A stretch of 62,608 nucleotides of DNA from Octopus bimaculoides (taxonomy: Eukaryota): assembly GCF_001194135.2 (NCBI RefSeq), contig NC_068983.1, positions 128,149,075 through 128,211,682 of the forward strand. Direction: 5' to 3'. Shown here piece by piece: positions 14,930 through 28,019 of the stretch. Each line of letters starts with the position of its first letter. The first letter of the stretch is position 1. Position numbers and translations under genes: made by a program. The notes under the pieces are model-generated. The model saw only the letters and a program-made list of their open reading frames with translations, was not told the DNA's origin and made no database searches.

Positions 14930-16450
14930 TTTTAGATACTTGTTCAGTTTCTTTTTCCGTAATGGCTTTTCAAAGCCTTTTGACTGTTTCAATGTTCCGG
15001 TTACGGTTTACACTACGGCCACGTACCTCCAAATCCTGAAGAGAAATCTCCTTGTCTTCTCATTAGTAACAATAATTATTTATTGTCCTGGATGTTGTTT
15101 CTTGAACTTTGCAGGCCTTGAAAAAGAGCCTTGACCCCATATCATGAACATATTCTGTGATATAAAAGAAATGACTACAGGGTTTACTTTTGTTTTCAGA
15201 AATAAAACTACTCTAGTTAATAGGGGAAACCAAGGAGAAATACTTTTTCTCATTTTCTTTCTTTGCGAAATACTTAACTGCAGCCCTTTGATGCCCATTT
15301 CATCTTTTTCTTAATTTGCCTATGTCCTTTTCTCTCTGTAGAAAAGAAAATATCTTTAAATTTTACCAATTTGATTGCATAAATTTGTCAAGTAATTGAA
15401 ATTTGAAATGAATGTGTTTCACTGCCATTTCTTTCATTCATTGTTCGTTTTCCTCGACTGCATTAATGACATTCATATGTATGATGTTGTTCCAAATTAA
15501 GGAGTGTGTGGTCACTTTATATAATTCCTGATTCAATTCACATAAATCACAAACAACTTTAAAATCTGTTTCATCGAAACCAAGGTTACTTCCAAAGTTA
15601 TATTAATTCTTGAATGTTTTCTTCTTGTCGGAGTAAGAGTGGGTGTTTCAACGAAATTCTTAACACATTGAGGTAATGATTCCAAACTATTCTCATATAT
15701 CTTCTTTTCAATTTTTCCCATGGTTCATGAATATTTTCGATGGCATCTATTATATTTAATTGTTCCCAAAATTTTAACAAGGAAATTGCATTTTCTCTCG
15801 TTGAAAACTTAATTGTTTGCGCAAATGTTCTTTATTTTAAAATAGCAATTAACTATTGATACATCTGCAGTAAAAGTGATATCATGTTCAAGAAAAAATA
15901 TGACTTTTTGCACAAATCACTAATAGTAAAGGGGACGTTTTTAGATTCTTGCTCGAATTATTTTTTTGTTTTCTTAATTTTTTATTTTTTTCTTAAATCG
16001 AGTTCTTTTCCTTAGCAGAAAAGTTACTTAAAGCTTTCATTTCAATACTCTTTGTAATTAGGGGAATTCGTTTGTGTTTAGAACCATCCAACGGAAGACC
16101 CTTTCTAATAATATTATTGCTTCAATACATTGCTGTAGCAAACCAAAAATTAATGCAGCTTTATTTTTCCCCTTAAAGTCTTTCATATTCTCTTAATTTT
16201 TCGCGGAAAATTTCAGCATAAATGTGTACAAACAATAGAAGTGTATATCAACAGTAGGAATAAAGTTGGTGTACAAACAGAATGCAAATGTATAGCTTAA
16301 TTCATGCCCAAGTCTTACTCTACTCTTTCCTTTATTGTCACCACGTTCGTATCATTTTATAACTTCAGATTGAAGATCTTCCTTAACAGGAGAACCTTGT
16401 TCGCCAGCTTATCTTTACTCTATAGTTATTCACGTTAAACTATATACAAT
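14930..16450 (-). mobile_element. Tigger/pogo-like (DDE_1, CENP-B-related) transposase fossil
   Basis: LKFWEQLNIIDAIENIHEPWEKLK...MRIVWN, SLLLQMYQ*LIAILK..LRK (eroded LLQPMDQG.IA.FK..YLR) and an N-terminal KHKRIPLITKSIEMK segment. Confidence 0.7.
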
Positions 16451-16925
16451 TTTTCGTGCGGGGATGAATATCATTCCGGTAAACAGGATAAGCTATCCTT
16501 AGTTTATTTAAACACATTTCAATAAAGACTAGCGAGACGGCAAATAACAATTAATTCACCAGCAGCTAACCAGCTACCGAAAATATTAAGGTCCACACTT
16601 TTGTTATAGGCTTATTTTGTTTTGTTTTTCTTTTTCTTCTTTCGGTTTTCGTTACTGAGGCTTAGTATCAAAGTGTAAACTGTGCTTTTATTCATGAATT
16701 TGATAATCAAGCCATTCAGCAGTATACACTGAAGATGCGTGCGTGTACTGTGTGTATGTTTGTGTATGTTTGTGTACGTGTGTGTGTTACTAAATTTATT
16801 TTACACGCATATATGCATTCATCTATATATATATTAAAGTAAAATGGAAAACAAAACTAAGGCAGGAAAATTATCTCAGATCATTTAGAATATTTAATTA
16901 GGTAAGGTGAATCAAAATGGAGAAG

Positions 16926-17509
16926 TATAAGTAAATAATATCTTGCATCTGTCTCTGAGATATCCCTGGTATTGGGTCAACATCTCCATACACTAGGAGA
17001 TAAGGTGTGTGTGTGTGCAGAAAAGATTAAGACCGAGAATTCACAGTATATAAAAGACTAAAACTGTACATATAGGAATAAAGACAGGGGAATAAAGTTC
17101 ACAGTTCATGTTGTTTCAGAGGGTATGGGGTATAGTCCGTACCTCCGTGATAGTATGGCCCCTTAAGTATAATCCTAGATAAATCCAGGCAGTATTTTGA
17201 ATGTTGTATTCAGATTGAAGAAATTGATCGAGTGGTTAGTTTGTACGAAAAATGGTCCACATCGGAGTACAGTGTGTGAGAGATAGACATCATCATAGGC
17301 AGAGAGATCACAGAGAAAGTGGGGGTTGCGAGTGATTGAATAGATGAGAGTAATTGGTTTAAATCATCAGTGAACTAAACTCCTCAGAAATAAATAAATA
17401 AATAAATAAGGTGTGTGCACACACACACACCTTATCTCCTAGTGTATGGAGATGTTGACCCAATACCAGGGATATCTCAATGACAGATGCAAGATATTAT
17501 TTACTTATA
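16926..17509. mobile_element. Fold-back/MITE-like element with 94-bp inverted arms
   Basis: 16926-17019 versus the reverse complement of 17416-17509 differ at 2 positions; ~400-bp unique interior. Confidence 0.7.
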
Positions 17510-18101
17510 TATATATATATATATATATGGTGGTGCTATTACGTTAGGCATGGCTTGGGCCAATCTTTGATCGAACCATATCTAAGTTATCGATGTTATA
17601 TTCGCGCGCATGTGTTTGAGTGTGTGTTTGTGTGTGTGTCTATAGTAGAAGTGGAGATGGAGTATCGTTGACAGATTTTCAACTTATATACATGTATACA
17701 GTTGGTCGACTAGCTAGGATAGAAGTTAAATGCTCTTCAAATTACTGCCTACACTCTCGAGAATAACAGCCCAAATTTTAAAATGTGTTTCTAGAAATTT
17801 CATGTCCAAGAAAATGTGTATGATTACCTAAGGCTCAAAATAGATTCATTTGTTAAGAGAAGATTTGAATATAAACAACACAAATGAAATATCTATCTCA
17901 CGCCAGCCGTATGAGTAACACTGATAGTAACAATGCTACGATTAACAAAGCATCAGAAGCAGGAATGGCTGTGTCATTAAGAAGACTGCACTGAAACTGA
18001 ACAGTTTTGCGCTTACTTCCACTGCACAGTACCCTGAGCACTTGAGTTTACAAAAGTGTGGCGCTGACAAATTATTTGTGAGTGAATTTCATACGCTGAA
18101 A

Positions 18102-18165
<64 letters not shown>

Positions 18166-20019
18166 CGTGCGCGCGTGTGTGTGTGTGTGTGTGTGCGTGT
18201 GTGGTGCTTCACAAATGAGGATAGCATATTAACTTTCTCGTAACTTTGGAGTTCTTGAAAAACTATCGGCAGAACAACTGCCGAACATCAAAAACAAGTA
18301 CTTGAGTAAATTTGATCAACTAAACTCTTCCAAACAATGCCGCCGTCATTGTTATAGTGCAACAATTGAAACAGTTAAAATAGTAGAACAATATAATGCA
18401 CATACAACTGGAGTAGTTATCTAGAAATATGTGTGCATGATAACTTGAAAACAGAAGAAACGGAAAGAAAAAGAAATAAGTCTGCCAAAACTAAAGCTAA
18501 TATGCTTACTACTACATTTAACTGTTTAACTTGTAGTCTATGAATCATAGTTTCAGATCTTCTGATGTTCATTTCACTCTATAACCTTTATCTGATAGTA
18601 AATCCCTAAATCTCTCTGACAATCAGTTAACATTTATCAAGTGCACAGCTGCCGTTAGTGCAGTGTATTGACTGGAGATTCTAACTAATCTAACATTAAA
18701 TCATGTTGACAACAATATTACGTCCTCAACTGCTCAAGGCACTCATTACATCTATATCTGGCAATTCCAAACGTAAAAATTCGACAAGAAGTTACTTCAG
18801 CCCTTTCAAGTAGATAAAATCTGGGAGTATCCATTGTTTTGTCACATATTAAATATATATTTTTCTATTTGTGAAATCTCTTTAATACCTGAATTCTTTG
18901 AGGTCACTATTCGATAGTAATGATTAATGTCAAGGAATCTAGATGAAAAAAGAGTTGCTGCAATGTTGATAAATAAATACAAACACATGATGAATCCCTT
19001 TTAGATAGCGTTTTAGCAATATCCTGCGCAATAATATCACATTAACACACACTGCTCAGAATCAAAAATGTTATCTCAGCGTGAGTAAAACATTTACGTT
19101 CTCTCTATCTTCATTATTCAATACCCCTCTCCCGGTACATATGTGTGCATGGATGCGTGTCAGTATATATACATACACACACATACCTGCATGTATACAC
19201 ACACACACACACACACACCCACACCCACACACATATATATATTGTTCTTTAAATGCAAAAGAATATATAGAAGAATACATAGAAGGAATTCAACGAGGAA
19301 ATTAAGAAGGAAATGAGGGAAGCAAAGCCAAGATAGGTAAACAAACAGTGTGAGGATATTGAAGACAGCCTTTCTAGTAATAACCCAAAGATGCTTTCTA
19401 TCTACTAAAAGAAAACAAAGTATCAGTAAACAGTATCTTAAATGTTGATCATAACATCGAAAAGAAAAATAATGAATAGGCGAACAGATTACTGTTCAGA
19501 AGTAGACAGTTGCCAGCTTATTGGAGATTTAACAGTGTTGAACGTACGGGAATCTTTAAATTGCAATGACTATCAAATTATGCGTGATGTAGTTAAAGTC
19601 ACTTTAATGTCCCTGAAATATGAAAAATCAATAGGAGCCTACAATACGTCTGCTGTACTACTAATGAAGGAGCCACAATGAACAATATTGAAGCACTCTG
19701 CAATAACTTCTGACACACTCGTGAACGGCAAATTCTGGATTCAATCTTTCATGATACTTCCTAAGAAAAGCAATCTCCAACTACACCAGTATTAAAGATA
19801 CCTCAGAAAGATGTGTTATGTAAATCAAGCAGCGCTGTGTTTAAACTTAAGAGATGAAAACCGAGGCAGACTACACCATATACTAGTAGCAAACTTGTTT
19901 ACTTAAAATTGGATGCATGACTGAGTACTTCCTGTGAGAAATACCCCAGTCTAAGATGAGCAACATTATGTCTTCGTAGACTTTAAGATGGTGTTTTGAT
20001 AGAGATTGGCATAACGCTA

Positions 20020-20255
20020 AAAATGTTAAAATGAAACAAAGAGGTCAAAATGTTTGGTGTATCAAGACGTACTGTCTTGAGAGTAATGACAGCCTTTGAG
20101 TAGGAGGAAAAATTCTCCACGTCGAGACAAAACTCCGGAAGAAAACCGAAACTTTCAGATAGGGACCGTCCACTCTTACGGGAATTGTTAGAAAGGATCA
20201 CAAAAGTACAGCTCCTAAAATTATTGCAGAGTTTTTGACCACCTCGAGAACCCAT
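20020..20255 (+). mobile_element. Second Tc1-family fragment (N-terminal HTH), same family as 21150-22092
   Basis: MFGVSRRTVLRVMTAFE*EEK...NSGRKPKLSDRDR; nucleotide similarity to the reverse complement of about 21665-21890. Confidence 0.85.
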
Positions 20256-20275
20256 TGCATATTTCAGAAGCAGCG

Positions 20276-20368
<93 letters not shown>

Positions 20369-20680
20369 GTGTGTGTAAGTATATAACTAATTTAGAGACG
20401 AACCACCATTCCACAACTCAGTCAATGAACTCGTCCAAAACCATGTTGTGAGACATATACCATACAAAATTCTAATCTAAAATTTTAATAATATATAATA
20501 TTGAACAGTAAGATTATTACAATCATATAATATATAGGAGCAAATACTTTTAAAATCACAGCGAATGCAATACAGAGAAACATTCATCATGAAAATATTA
20601 ATCTAAAAATCAAATAAAGTATAAATTGAGCAATAAATATTACTACAATAATATAATGAACAAAAGTAAGTACTTGTACA

Positions 20681-20801
20681 TCGACTACGCGCGTTTCATG
20701 GCTGAATTAGGACTATATAAAATCATATAAGAAACCCATATCCAAGTTTAATAGAACGGAAAAATGATTTTACTCCCAGATGCAGTCACTCCTCAGGTCA
20801 A
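20681..20801 (-). ncRNA. Type I hammerhead ribozyme motif (left arm of palindrome)
   Basis: Minus strand reads TTGAC-CTGAGGA-GTGACTG-[loop]-CAGCCAT-GAAAC-GCGC-GTA-GTCGA. Core intact; stem III lies in the palindrome ACGCGCGT. Confidence 0.8.
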
Positions 20802-20851
20802 ATTCTTCAAAATTAAAAAAAAAACAACTAAAACCTCAAAATTTTAGGAAT

Positions 20852-20972
20852 TTGACCTGAGGAATGACTGCTTTTGGGAGTAGAATAATTTTTCCGTTCT
20901 AATGAACTTGAATATGGTTTTCTTATATGATTTTATATAGTCCTAATTCAGCCATGAAACGCGTGTAGTCGA
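20852..20972 (+). ncRNA. Type I hammerhead ribozyme motif (right arm of palindrome)
   Basis: TTGAC-CTGAGGA-ATGACTG-[78 nt]-CAGCCAT-GAAAC-GCGT-GTA-GTCGA. Stem I TTGAC/GTCGA, stem II 6 of 7 bp, minimal stem III, GUA cleavage triplet (A20967). Confidence 0.8.
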
Positions 20973-21149
20973 TGTACAAGTACTTACTTTATACATTATA
21001 TTATTGTATTAATTTTTATAGTTCAATTTATACTTAATTTGATTTTTGGATTAATATTTTTATGATGAATGTTTCTTAGTATGGTATTCGCGTGATTTTA
21101 AAAGTATTTGCTCTAATATATTATATGATAGTAATAATCTTACTGTTCA

Positions 21150-22092
21150 GATCTGGGAACTGTTGTGGCCAGATAAGATTTTCAACTTCACTAGAATATT
21201 TCTCGTGCTATTCAGTAAGAATTTTAACTGTGTGAATTGGTGCATTATCATCCTGAAAGATTGCGTGTCCCTCCTGAAACATTTTCGCCACCATAGAATG
21301 TATTTGTTCAAATAAACTACTTAAATAGTCTTGACTATTAATTCTGCCAGGAAGGGAAAGCATTCAGCCGGCGGATTTCCAAGATATAGTCCCCCAGATC
21401 ATCACAGATCCTCCTCTATGTTTAACAGTTGGAAGAATGCAGTCTGCTTCTTTTGGCTGTATCCACGCGTGGTCGGAAATAAGGTAAAAGATGACTCGTT
21501 CGAGAAAATAACATTCTTCCACTGCTTTAAGGACCAATTCTGTAGGTTTTAACTCCATTCTAAATGCTTTGCAACATTTGTTTTTGAAAGTAGTGGTTTT
21601 CTGATTGCAGCACTACTGTGAAATCCAACTTTGTGCAGATCCCAGTGAACAGTTTTTGTGGAAACCGGGTTCTCGAGGTGGTCATTAAGCTCAGCAGAAA
21701 TTTTGAGAGCTGTACTTTTGTGATCCTTTCCAACAATTCGCGTAAGATTCCGGCGGTCCATAGCTCAAAGTTTTAGTTTTCTTCCGGAGTTTTGCTTCGA
21801 TGAGGAGGTTTTTTTCCCTCTTTCTGAAAGGTTGTCATTACTTTCGAGATAGTACTTCTTGTTACACCAAATATTTCGGCTGTTTTCATTATGCTCGAGC
21901 ATGCCTTACGAGCACCAACAATTTGACCTTTTTGAAAAGAAACAACATCTAAAAAGAAACAGCAATTTTAGCAAATCTTCAAGCAACACTAATATTATAT
22001 CAAAAAGCATAAAAATAAACAAGTTTTTGACAGTTTTATAGATATTACAAAATTATGATGCTATGTGTTTCCATTATTTTGTCCAAACCCTG
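21150..22092 (-). mobile_element. Tc1-like transposon, left end plus most of transposase, 3'-truncated at the palindrome
   Basis: Terminus CAGGGTTTGGACAAAATAATGGAAACAC at 22092. Motifs include an HTH (AELN.HLENPVSTKTV...KPLLSK), LPTVKHRGGSVMIWG, IFQDDNAPIH and WPQQFPDLN. Confidence 0.92.
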
Positions 22093-22527
22093 AAAATATA
22101 TATATATATATATATAAATATATATATACACACACAGGCATGTGGATGTTACCGTAATAGTGATAAATTATTATAAACTTTAACATCGGAAAAGACGAAT
22201 CCATCCATAACATTATTGAACATCTCTTTTATCTTATTGAGGTTACCCCAGCATCTGATACATGATGCCACAGTTGTCTCTTTGTGAGGTCACATAACCT
22301 ATGAAGTATTTATTAAATGAATATTTATGTTGGTTAAATTGATAGTTTATGGCAGTAACAAGGTCGACCCGAAGATGTTAGATAGATAAGCTTCAAATCA
22401 ACATGGACTTTTTTTCGTAACCTGCGTGTTTTATTTCCTACATTTATATATTATTTTATAATACATAGGTATGTTGTTATTTATATTTATACGCACCTGT
22501 GTGTATGTGTGTGTATTTATATATGTG

Positions 22528-22589
<62 letters not shown>

Positions 22590-22621
22590 TACATATATAT
22601 TATGATATTCATATTAGGTAT

Positions 22622-22679
<58 letters not shown>

Positions 22680-22987
22680 GAGAGAGAAGTGTGGTAGAGG
22701 GACAGAGATGCACGGCTACTGTTACAAAAACGTTGTGTGTTTGAAAGTTTTATGTCTTTTTTAATATCTTTGCATTTCAAAGGGATGAAAACGATATATG
22801 TTATTCTTAATTGAATACATTCAGAATAATTGTCGAAATTCTGTAGTGATCGCCTTCGGCAATATTCAATGCTGTGACGTTAAAATAGAGGAAAGAAATT
22901 CATGCATCAGATTTCTTTGAAACAAAGCTATATTTGAAATTTTTGATAGAACTTTAGCTTTGTTCGTTCTCACACATCCCGACATAT

Positions 22988-23209
22988 ACAAGGACGTAAC
23001 TGAAAAGTTCCTGGCTTTGAAGGTATCGCGACATGTCTGGTTGGAGCCCCAACCATCCGAGTTCTTTTACAGGGCTTAGAATTACTGAATGAACACTGCA
23101 ATAAATGTGTGAATCTGAGCGGGAAATATGTTGAATACTTTCATATTTCAATGATCCTCTTGTATTTCCTTTTACTCAAAGTCAGGAACTATTCATCCCC
23201 CCGCCTTGT
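22988..23209 (+). mobile_element. Short non-autonomous mariner derivative with imperfect TIRs
   Basis: Left acaagg...tgaaaagttcctggcttt versus right reverse complement acaagg...tgaatagttcctgacttt. The interior encodes LLQGLELLNEHCNKCVNLSGKYVEY, a mariner extreme C-terminus. Confidence 0.75.
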
Positions 23210-24087
23210 TTTGATAGCACTTCTAATAACAATGTTGGACACTTCGTGTAGTTAATTGCTTCTATATAAATATTTGTTAATCTTTAACTTTGACGATTTG
23301 CACAATTCGTAGAAAATATATTCTGCAATTTTTTAATCTCTTATTCGAGAAGACAACAGGCAAGTAAAGCTGCTGTAGATGATCCAAATATATATTTTTG
23401 TCACTTCATATTGAAATACCAGGAAATTAAGATTTACTTCCATTATTGAATCCCCCTTATCATTAAACAGTGGGTTTTAAATATTATATAACGCGTATCT
23501 TTCTTTCTTTTTACATTTTTTTTCTTTTATTAAGCTTTATTAATCTTTTTACTATTTTTTTTTCCATATTGCAATTATATGCAAATAGCAAATGTCCTTG
23601 CGTTCTTTTCTGAACAATTATCCAGAAACCTAAAACAAAAATCTGAAACAATATACAAAATACATATACAAAAATATGTACACATTCTCATTAGTGCAAA
23701 TACACGCCACTCACGCAAACACACACACACACACACATACACATATTACCACATATGAACATATATTCCGACAAAAAGTAATACGAAAATGGAAATCCAA
23801 AATTTATCTTATAAAGAATAAAATGATGTCCCCATGGCATAATATGAAGGTAACATCAATCAGAATATGAAAGCGTAGATGAGTTGGTAATTAAATGTTG
23901 ATCAAAATCACATTGTAAATTAATCATCGACTACCATTTTAACGCAGATGATTGGTTGAAAATAATTAATTGATAAAGCTGAATGTGCTAAAAATATGAG
24001 TGACTGACAAGATGAAGAAGCGGTATTGTTAGTATGAATTGAACAGGATTATATGTGCACAGGCAAATAAGGCAGATCATAATTCCA

Positions 24088-24090
<3 letters not shown>

Positions 24091-24119
<29 letters not shown>

Positions 24120-24362
24120 GTAGTAGTAGTAGTAGTAGTAGTAGTAACAGTTAGGCGACAAGCTGGCAGAACCACTAACATTCCGGGAAAAATTATTAAT
24201 GGCATTTTGTTCGTCTTTACGTGGCGAGTTCAAATTCCGATGCGAGGAATTTCGTGGTCGATAGATTAAGTACCAGTGAAGCATCTGTAATCGCCTTATA
24301 CCCGCCAAAAAGAATTCAGGCATTATACCTTTAGTAGAAAGGATTATTATTATTATTATTAT

Positions 24363-24414
<52 letters not shown>

Positions 24415-24535
24415 TGTTGTTGTTGTTGTTGTCGTTGTCGTTGTCGTTGTTGTTGTTGTTGTTGCTGCTGCTGCTGCTGCTGCAATAGTGGTGGTAGTGG
24501 TGTTGCTGTTTTTGCTATCGCTGTTGCTACTACTA
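24091..24535. repeat. Compound trinucleotide arrays (ATT, AGT, GTT, GTC, GCT) around a SINE
   Basis: Direct reading. Confidence 0.95.
24151..24345 (+). mobile_element. SINE family A copy with internal deletion
   Basis: ggcgacaagctggcagaa...gagttcaaattcc...gtcgatagattaagtacc...tagaaaggattattatt. Confidence 0.75.
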
Positions 24536-27003
24536 CTACAAATGTACTATTACACGTGCAATATTTCTTTTCTTGCGGTTAATCACATGCTAAATTGCAT
24601 GTTCCTTAACATAGGTAACTTCTGGCAGTTGCCATATTTTTCTCTATTCATTTGATATATCTATTTAGCGTAATTTTGTCACGGAGTGGTTAAAGATATG
24701 CATTTAGCAACAACATCAAATCCAAATTTACCTTAAAACATTTATTTGTTCCTTCCTTTTGTAGTGTTTCTATTCATTAAAATATATGAGTGGCTTTGTA
24801 ACAAGCGAGGTTATACTTTCAAGAATATCCTAGACGACTTACTGGTGGTACGGATATTTTTTGCAGTCTGATTTTATTTGCATGCTTCAGTGTTTATGTT
24901 GTATCCGATTTATCTTGTTTATACGATGATAGGTAAGACAAATTCTTATCGCTCATGTGATGAAGTTTCATCTGGTTTAATAGTTCGGTTAAGCTTCGAA
25001 AGTTAGAAATGGTTCTCATGTCAGCATATAGGAATTAACTCAGATAACCTGGTTAAAGGGTTAGTTGTTTTGGTAAAGATGGAATAAATTTCTTCTTTAT
25101 AGAAGTTATGGTAATTTTTCAGGGACGCTCGTTTTTGTACAGGAGTTAATAAAAGATATGAAAATTATCGACATGCTGATCTTTCAAAATATCATATGAT
25201 ACTGAATAATGTTAATCTTTTGTCTCTATATCTATAGGTGTACATGTTTTAGAATATTTAGAGCTTTCCTCGCACATTCCGATATATGATGCCAACAGTT
25301 GTAACTATTCTGAAATGGTGCCGTAAGTCGAGAAATCAAAGATACAGCTTCGCGTAAATTAACAGGCTTGAGTTGAAGAACCATATATTTTAACAGATGC
25401 AATGAAATACCTTACTACTTATACTGAAAATTGTATGGGGATACTAGTATGGGGAAAATAGTATGAGAATTAGTTTCATGATCATTCTTCGGGTAATCAA
25501 GTAATTTGCGGGGCCCATTATGAGGGTTCGGGTAACAACTCCTTGCAAAGAGTATTTCCGCAGAAGCGTCATGAAACTATAGCCTACGTTTAAGTTTTGT
25601 CAATTAAAGCATGTGGAATATTTATGCTCTATAGGGAAATGTTTCGGAATGCACTTTAGGAAGTTTTTGACCATATTTGAATTCCACATTAGAATATATG
25701 GAGGACTGAAACATTTTGCATTTCTGTTATGATTTTGTTGTGTTTGCTTTCATTAACAGTCTCTAATTTAGGGATAAGCTTGATATTTTTTCGTCTGAAT
25801 TCAGTATTCTGCAACGCTTATTTAACGCATTGTTTGAAAAGATGCTGAAAATGCATTCCCAATGGTGGCATTTCTGCTTAGATCCGTTTAATCATATGCA
25901 ATTCTACTTTAATACTTACATGATCTTCATCAAATATTGCAATCAGATGTTCATCGTTTACAATATATACTATTCGACTTTGCTGATGGATATGAATTCC
26001 GGAGGAATGAAAGACAGCGTTATCCTACCTAGGATTTAATTATAATAATATTAATATCAATAATAATAATACTAAGAAGAAGAATTTTAAGACACCGTAT
26101 GTATCATTGCCTATAATCACAAAAACAGGAAGAAAACTGATTATATCGGGAGCAAAAAAAATAGAAAAAAATCTAAACATCGAACAGCAAAAGTTAGAAC
26201 GTAAAGAAGCAGCAAAATGAACTTTCTGATGGTACATACATTAGTGGTGTGGGTCATTTTAAAAACAATCCTTTACATAGCCTGTATTTTCGAAAATTCG
26301 ATGCCTCATATTTAAATGAATATTTGCCTCTTGCTTGGAAGCTCAAATTTGGCTTGAATGGCCTACCATTAAGAAAAACAGATATTGAAGCAGGACTTTA
26401 ACACTAGAAACATTGAAAGTTATAATCACAACTCTTCTAGTATATATGTATCCCAAATGTTTCCAGTTGGGACAATTCCTTTATTAAATACACTACATTT
26501 TATAAGAATGCCCCACGTTGACTCTAACAAAAATACTTGGTAGCACAATGAAGTTGCAATGCTGTTTTACATACACCTGTATATACATCGTTCGCTATTC
26601 TAACAGAAATTTACTCCTATGAAGTAGCTAGACTACTAGACATCACATAAACCTAACGTCATTCACCCTACAAATATATGACAATAGCGTATTAATTATG
26701 AATGAATATAACACTAGATTATTATAATGCTGCTTAATAGGGTAGTGAACAGCAAAGGAATGACACCAACCACGCTGTTAATTGAAAGTATTGAGACAGT
26801 TAATGAATATTCCTATCATCTTTTCACTAAGTGACAGACCTAGAGTGATACAAAGCAATTTATATAATGATATCCACAACTTACGTGAAAATATAAGCAC
26901 AAACGCGTTCTAGAAACAAGTAATAATAGGATAAATAAATAATGTTTAAGATTTAACCCAAATTAGCCCAAACAATCATGAATACCTTATTAACCTTAAA
27001 TAT

Positions 27004-27045
<42 letters not shown>

Positions 27046-27055
27046 NNNNNNNNNN

Positions 27056-27094
<39 letters not shown>

Positions 27095-28019
27095 TCACAT
27101 ATTATATACATATACATTTAACACATCCATATATGTATAAACATTTATGCACATATATTTGTATGCATATATATATTATTGCAAAGACAAACGGTCCTAA
27201 AAGTAGAGCACGAATACGAGGTAGTAAAATAAACAGAGTGTATGAAGCTGACGTTCAGAGAATGGGGGAAACGTAGGAAATAATGTTCACATTTCGAGTC
27301 TTCATTCTCTTAAGGAAATGATAGGCAGGGAAAGAAAGAGAAAAAAAAATGAGAAAGAAAAATGAACGAATGATAATGATGCACGTGTGTCCGACAGTCA
27401 TGGCTAGCTGAAATGATTGGGAGTGAAGTTGTTTTAGACGTGAATTGCAAGGGAGATAATTGTGAATCTGGCATCTTTGTGGGTGTATGTATGTACGGCT
27501 AATAGGTTTGTATTTGTGCGCGAGCACGTGTTTGTGTATGTGTGTGTGTGTGGCAAATGGGAAGTGCTGTAAACCAAGCGTATGTGTATGTGCAGGAGTG
27601 TGTATGTGCAGGAGTGTATGTGTGAGTGTGTGCTTGCTTACTGGTTGTATGCGTTAGGTCAGTGTGTGCATCGTAGGAAATAAACGTGTTTAGGCGGAAT
27701 AAAGGTGACATAAAAATGTTATACAATTCGTATAGGTTTGCAATATGTATGGTATTGTAAACATATCCTAATTAAACAGTAATTGAAGTGTGCGTGAATT
27801 AGATAATAGAAGACCGTGATTGTGTGCGTTAGTACATATGTAGCAGTATGTGTAGACTGCTTAAACGTTTAGTGTGTCTGGAATTCAGATTTTTTTTAAT
27901 TGTTGTGCTGGTGGTGTAAGTATGTAGAGTTATTCTTAAGGGGACTGTAGGAATGTAAGTGAGAGTGGTGTGTGCATGCATGTGGAATGAGAGACAAAAA
28001 AGGATTAAAAGAAAAGGGG

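Larger units (their letters stand above)
20502..21149. repeat. Long inverted repeat (two ~310-bp arms, ~25-bp A-rich spacer), Penelope pseudo-LTR-like
   Basis: tgaacagtaagattattac... at 20502 is the reverse complement of ...gtaataatcttactgttca ending at 21149. The arms align throughout at roughly 90% by eye. Confidence 0.95.

Noticed and set aside
17020-17415. CTGAGGA, CTGATGA and GAAAC on the minus strand of the fold-back interior
   Set aside because: No stem II pairing and no NUH triplet after GAAAC.
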